From NCBI GenBank assembly GCA_965153285.1, contig OZ229114.1: DNA of 64,000 nucleotides; one strand, written 5' to 3'. Source of the stretch: Podarcis tiliguerta (Eukaryota). The notes beneath the pieces were generated by a model that was not told where the DNA came from, did no database searches, and saw nothing but the letters and a program-made list of their open reading frames with translations. Positions 63,026 through 64,000 of the stretch are shown here, in pieces; position 1 is the stretch's first letter; every line of letters starts with the position of its first letter. A program made the translations under genes and the position numbers.

Positions 63026-64000
63026 ACTAGCATGACCCCCACCAGCAGGAGCCAGCCGAAGGTTCCAAAATGGAGTATTCTGGAGGTGGGGTGGGCTGAG
63101 CTGGCCCAGGGTATGTTGGATCCTGAGCAGATATCATTACCGTTGTGTGATGGCATCACTGCGTCAAGTTCAGGCTCCTGCAGCTATCACCCTACCCCAC
63201 AACTTTTGCCCTGGAATGGTAGGGCTGTGGATACAGCAGTGGCTCCACAACTCCATAAAACCACACAGAACAGTGGCTGGAGTTTGGGATTTTCCCTTTT
63301 ATGTAATACGGGATGAATCAAGACTAAAAATGGCAGTGGCAGGGCAAGATCGCCATGTATCAACAGCAGGTGTCTATTGTCCAAAGATGAGTCCTTGAAA
63401 GCACATTTTCCAACACTACCAATATAGTTATCCCATCCACAAATTCTAGATTATAATGTGCCTCTATTTTGTGGCCCATTGTGAATTGCCCCAGTGGCTG
63501 AGGTTCAGGGGGAAGATGTGATACAAAGGACAAGGCAAGACCAATCCTCCCCCTTCTTAGTATCCAGGACAATATATGAGAGTTTGGGTACATCCACTTC
63601 TCTCATTGCCATACTCAGACCAACTTCTGTCTCTTCATTACTCTTCTCAAAGAACCCAGCAAATGAAGCTTTTTTTGACAACAATATAGATCAGTTTCAT
63701 CACAGCAGAAAAACAGTTTCCAAGATTCCTTAGTCACTACGGTTCTGTAGAGATTCAAATATAAGGGCACAGCAATTTGCACACACAGGGTTGCATATCA
63801 CACTGCATTTGCAGAGATCTGCTCACACAGTGAGACTTTCCCTTCCTCTTCCTCTCCCCACATGTCCTCAGAATCTGCTCTGAATTGTCTTCCAACCCTC
63901 TGGAGCAGATTCTGAGGTTGAGGGGAAAGTTCCATTGAGCAAGCAGAAGTCTGCTGTGCTAGCAGAACAGCAGTGTTGAATACAACCCACCATGAGAAGG

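Overview
Vertebrate genomic DNA from a squamate reptile, probably a lacertid lizard (inferred from Sauria SINEs and squamate hAT/TcMar MITEs). Four spliced genes lie head-to-tail on the minus strand, matching the human CCAR1-STOX1-(DDX50)-DDX21-KIFBP block. They are CCAR1 (exons 5-25, with exon 14 missing, probably in a 300-N gap), complete STOX1 (4 exons, 993 aa), one complete DDX21/DDX50-family helicase (15 exons, 700 aa) and the 5' part of KIFBP (exons 1-5). Exon numbers follow the human gene models, recalled from memory. Listed exons were reconstructed by hand with GT-AG boundaries and consistent phases. A box C/D snoRNA (SNORD98, 18S rRNA guide) lies in CCAR1 intron 12. I found no wholly new multi-gene system. 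The best leads are (i) a CpG-retaining block in CCAR1 intron 13 that looks like an alternative terminal exon, (ii) a candidate poison exon in CCAR1 intron 8, (iii) a phase-compatible candidate alternative first exon and a TEAD-motif cluster in STOX1 intron 1, and (iv) a single DDX21/50 gene with a TOP-like start and no FRGQR repeats.
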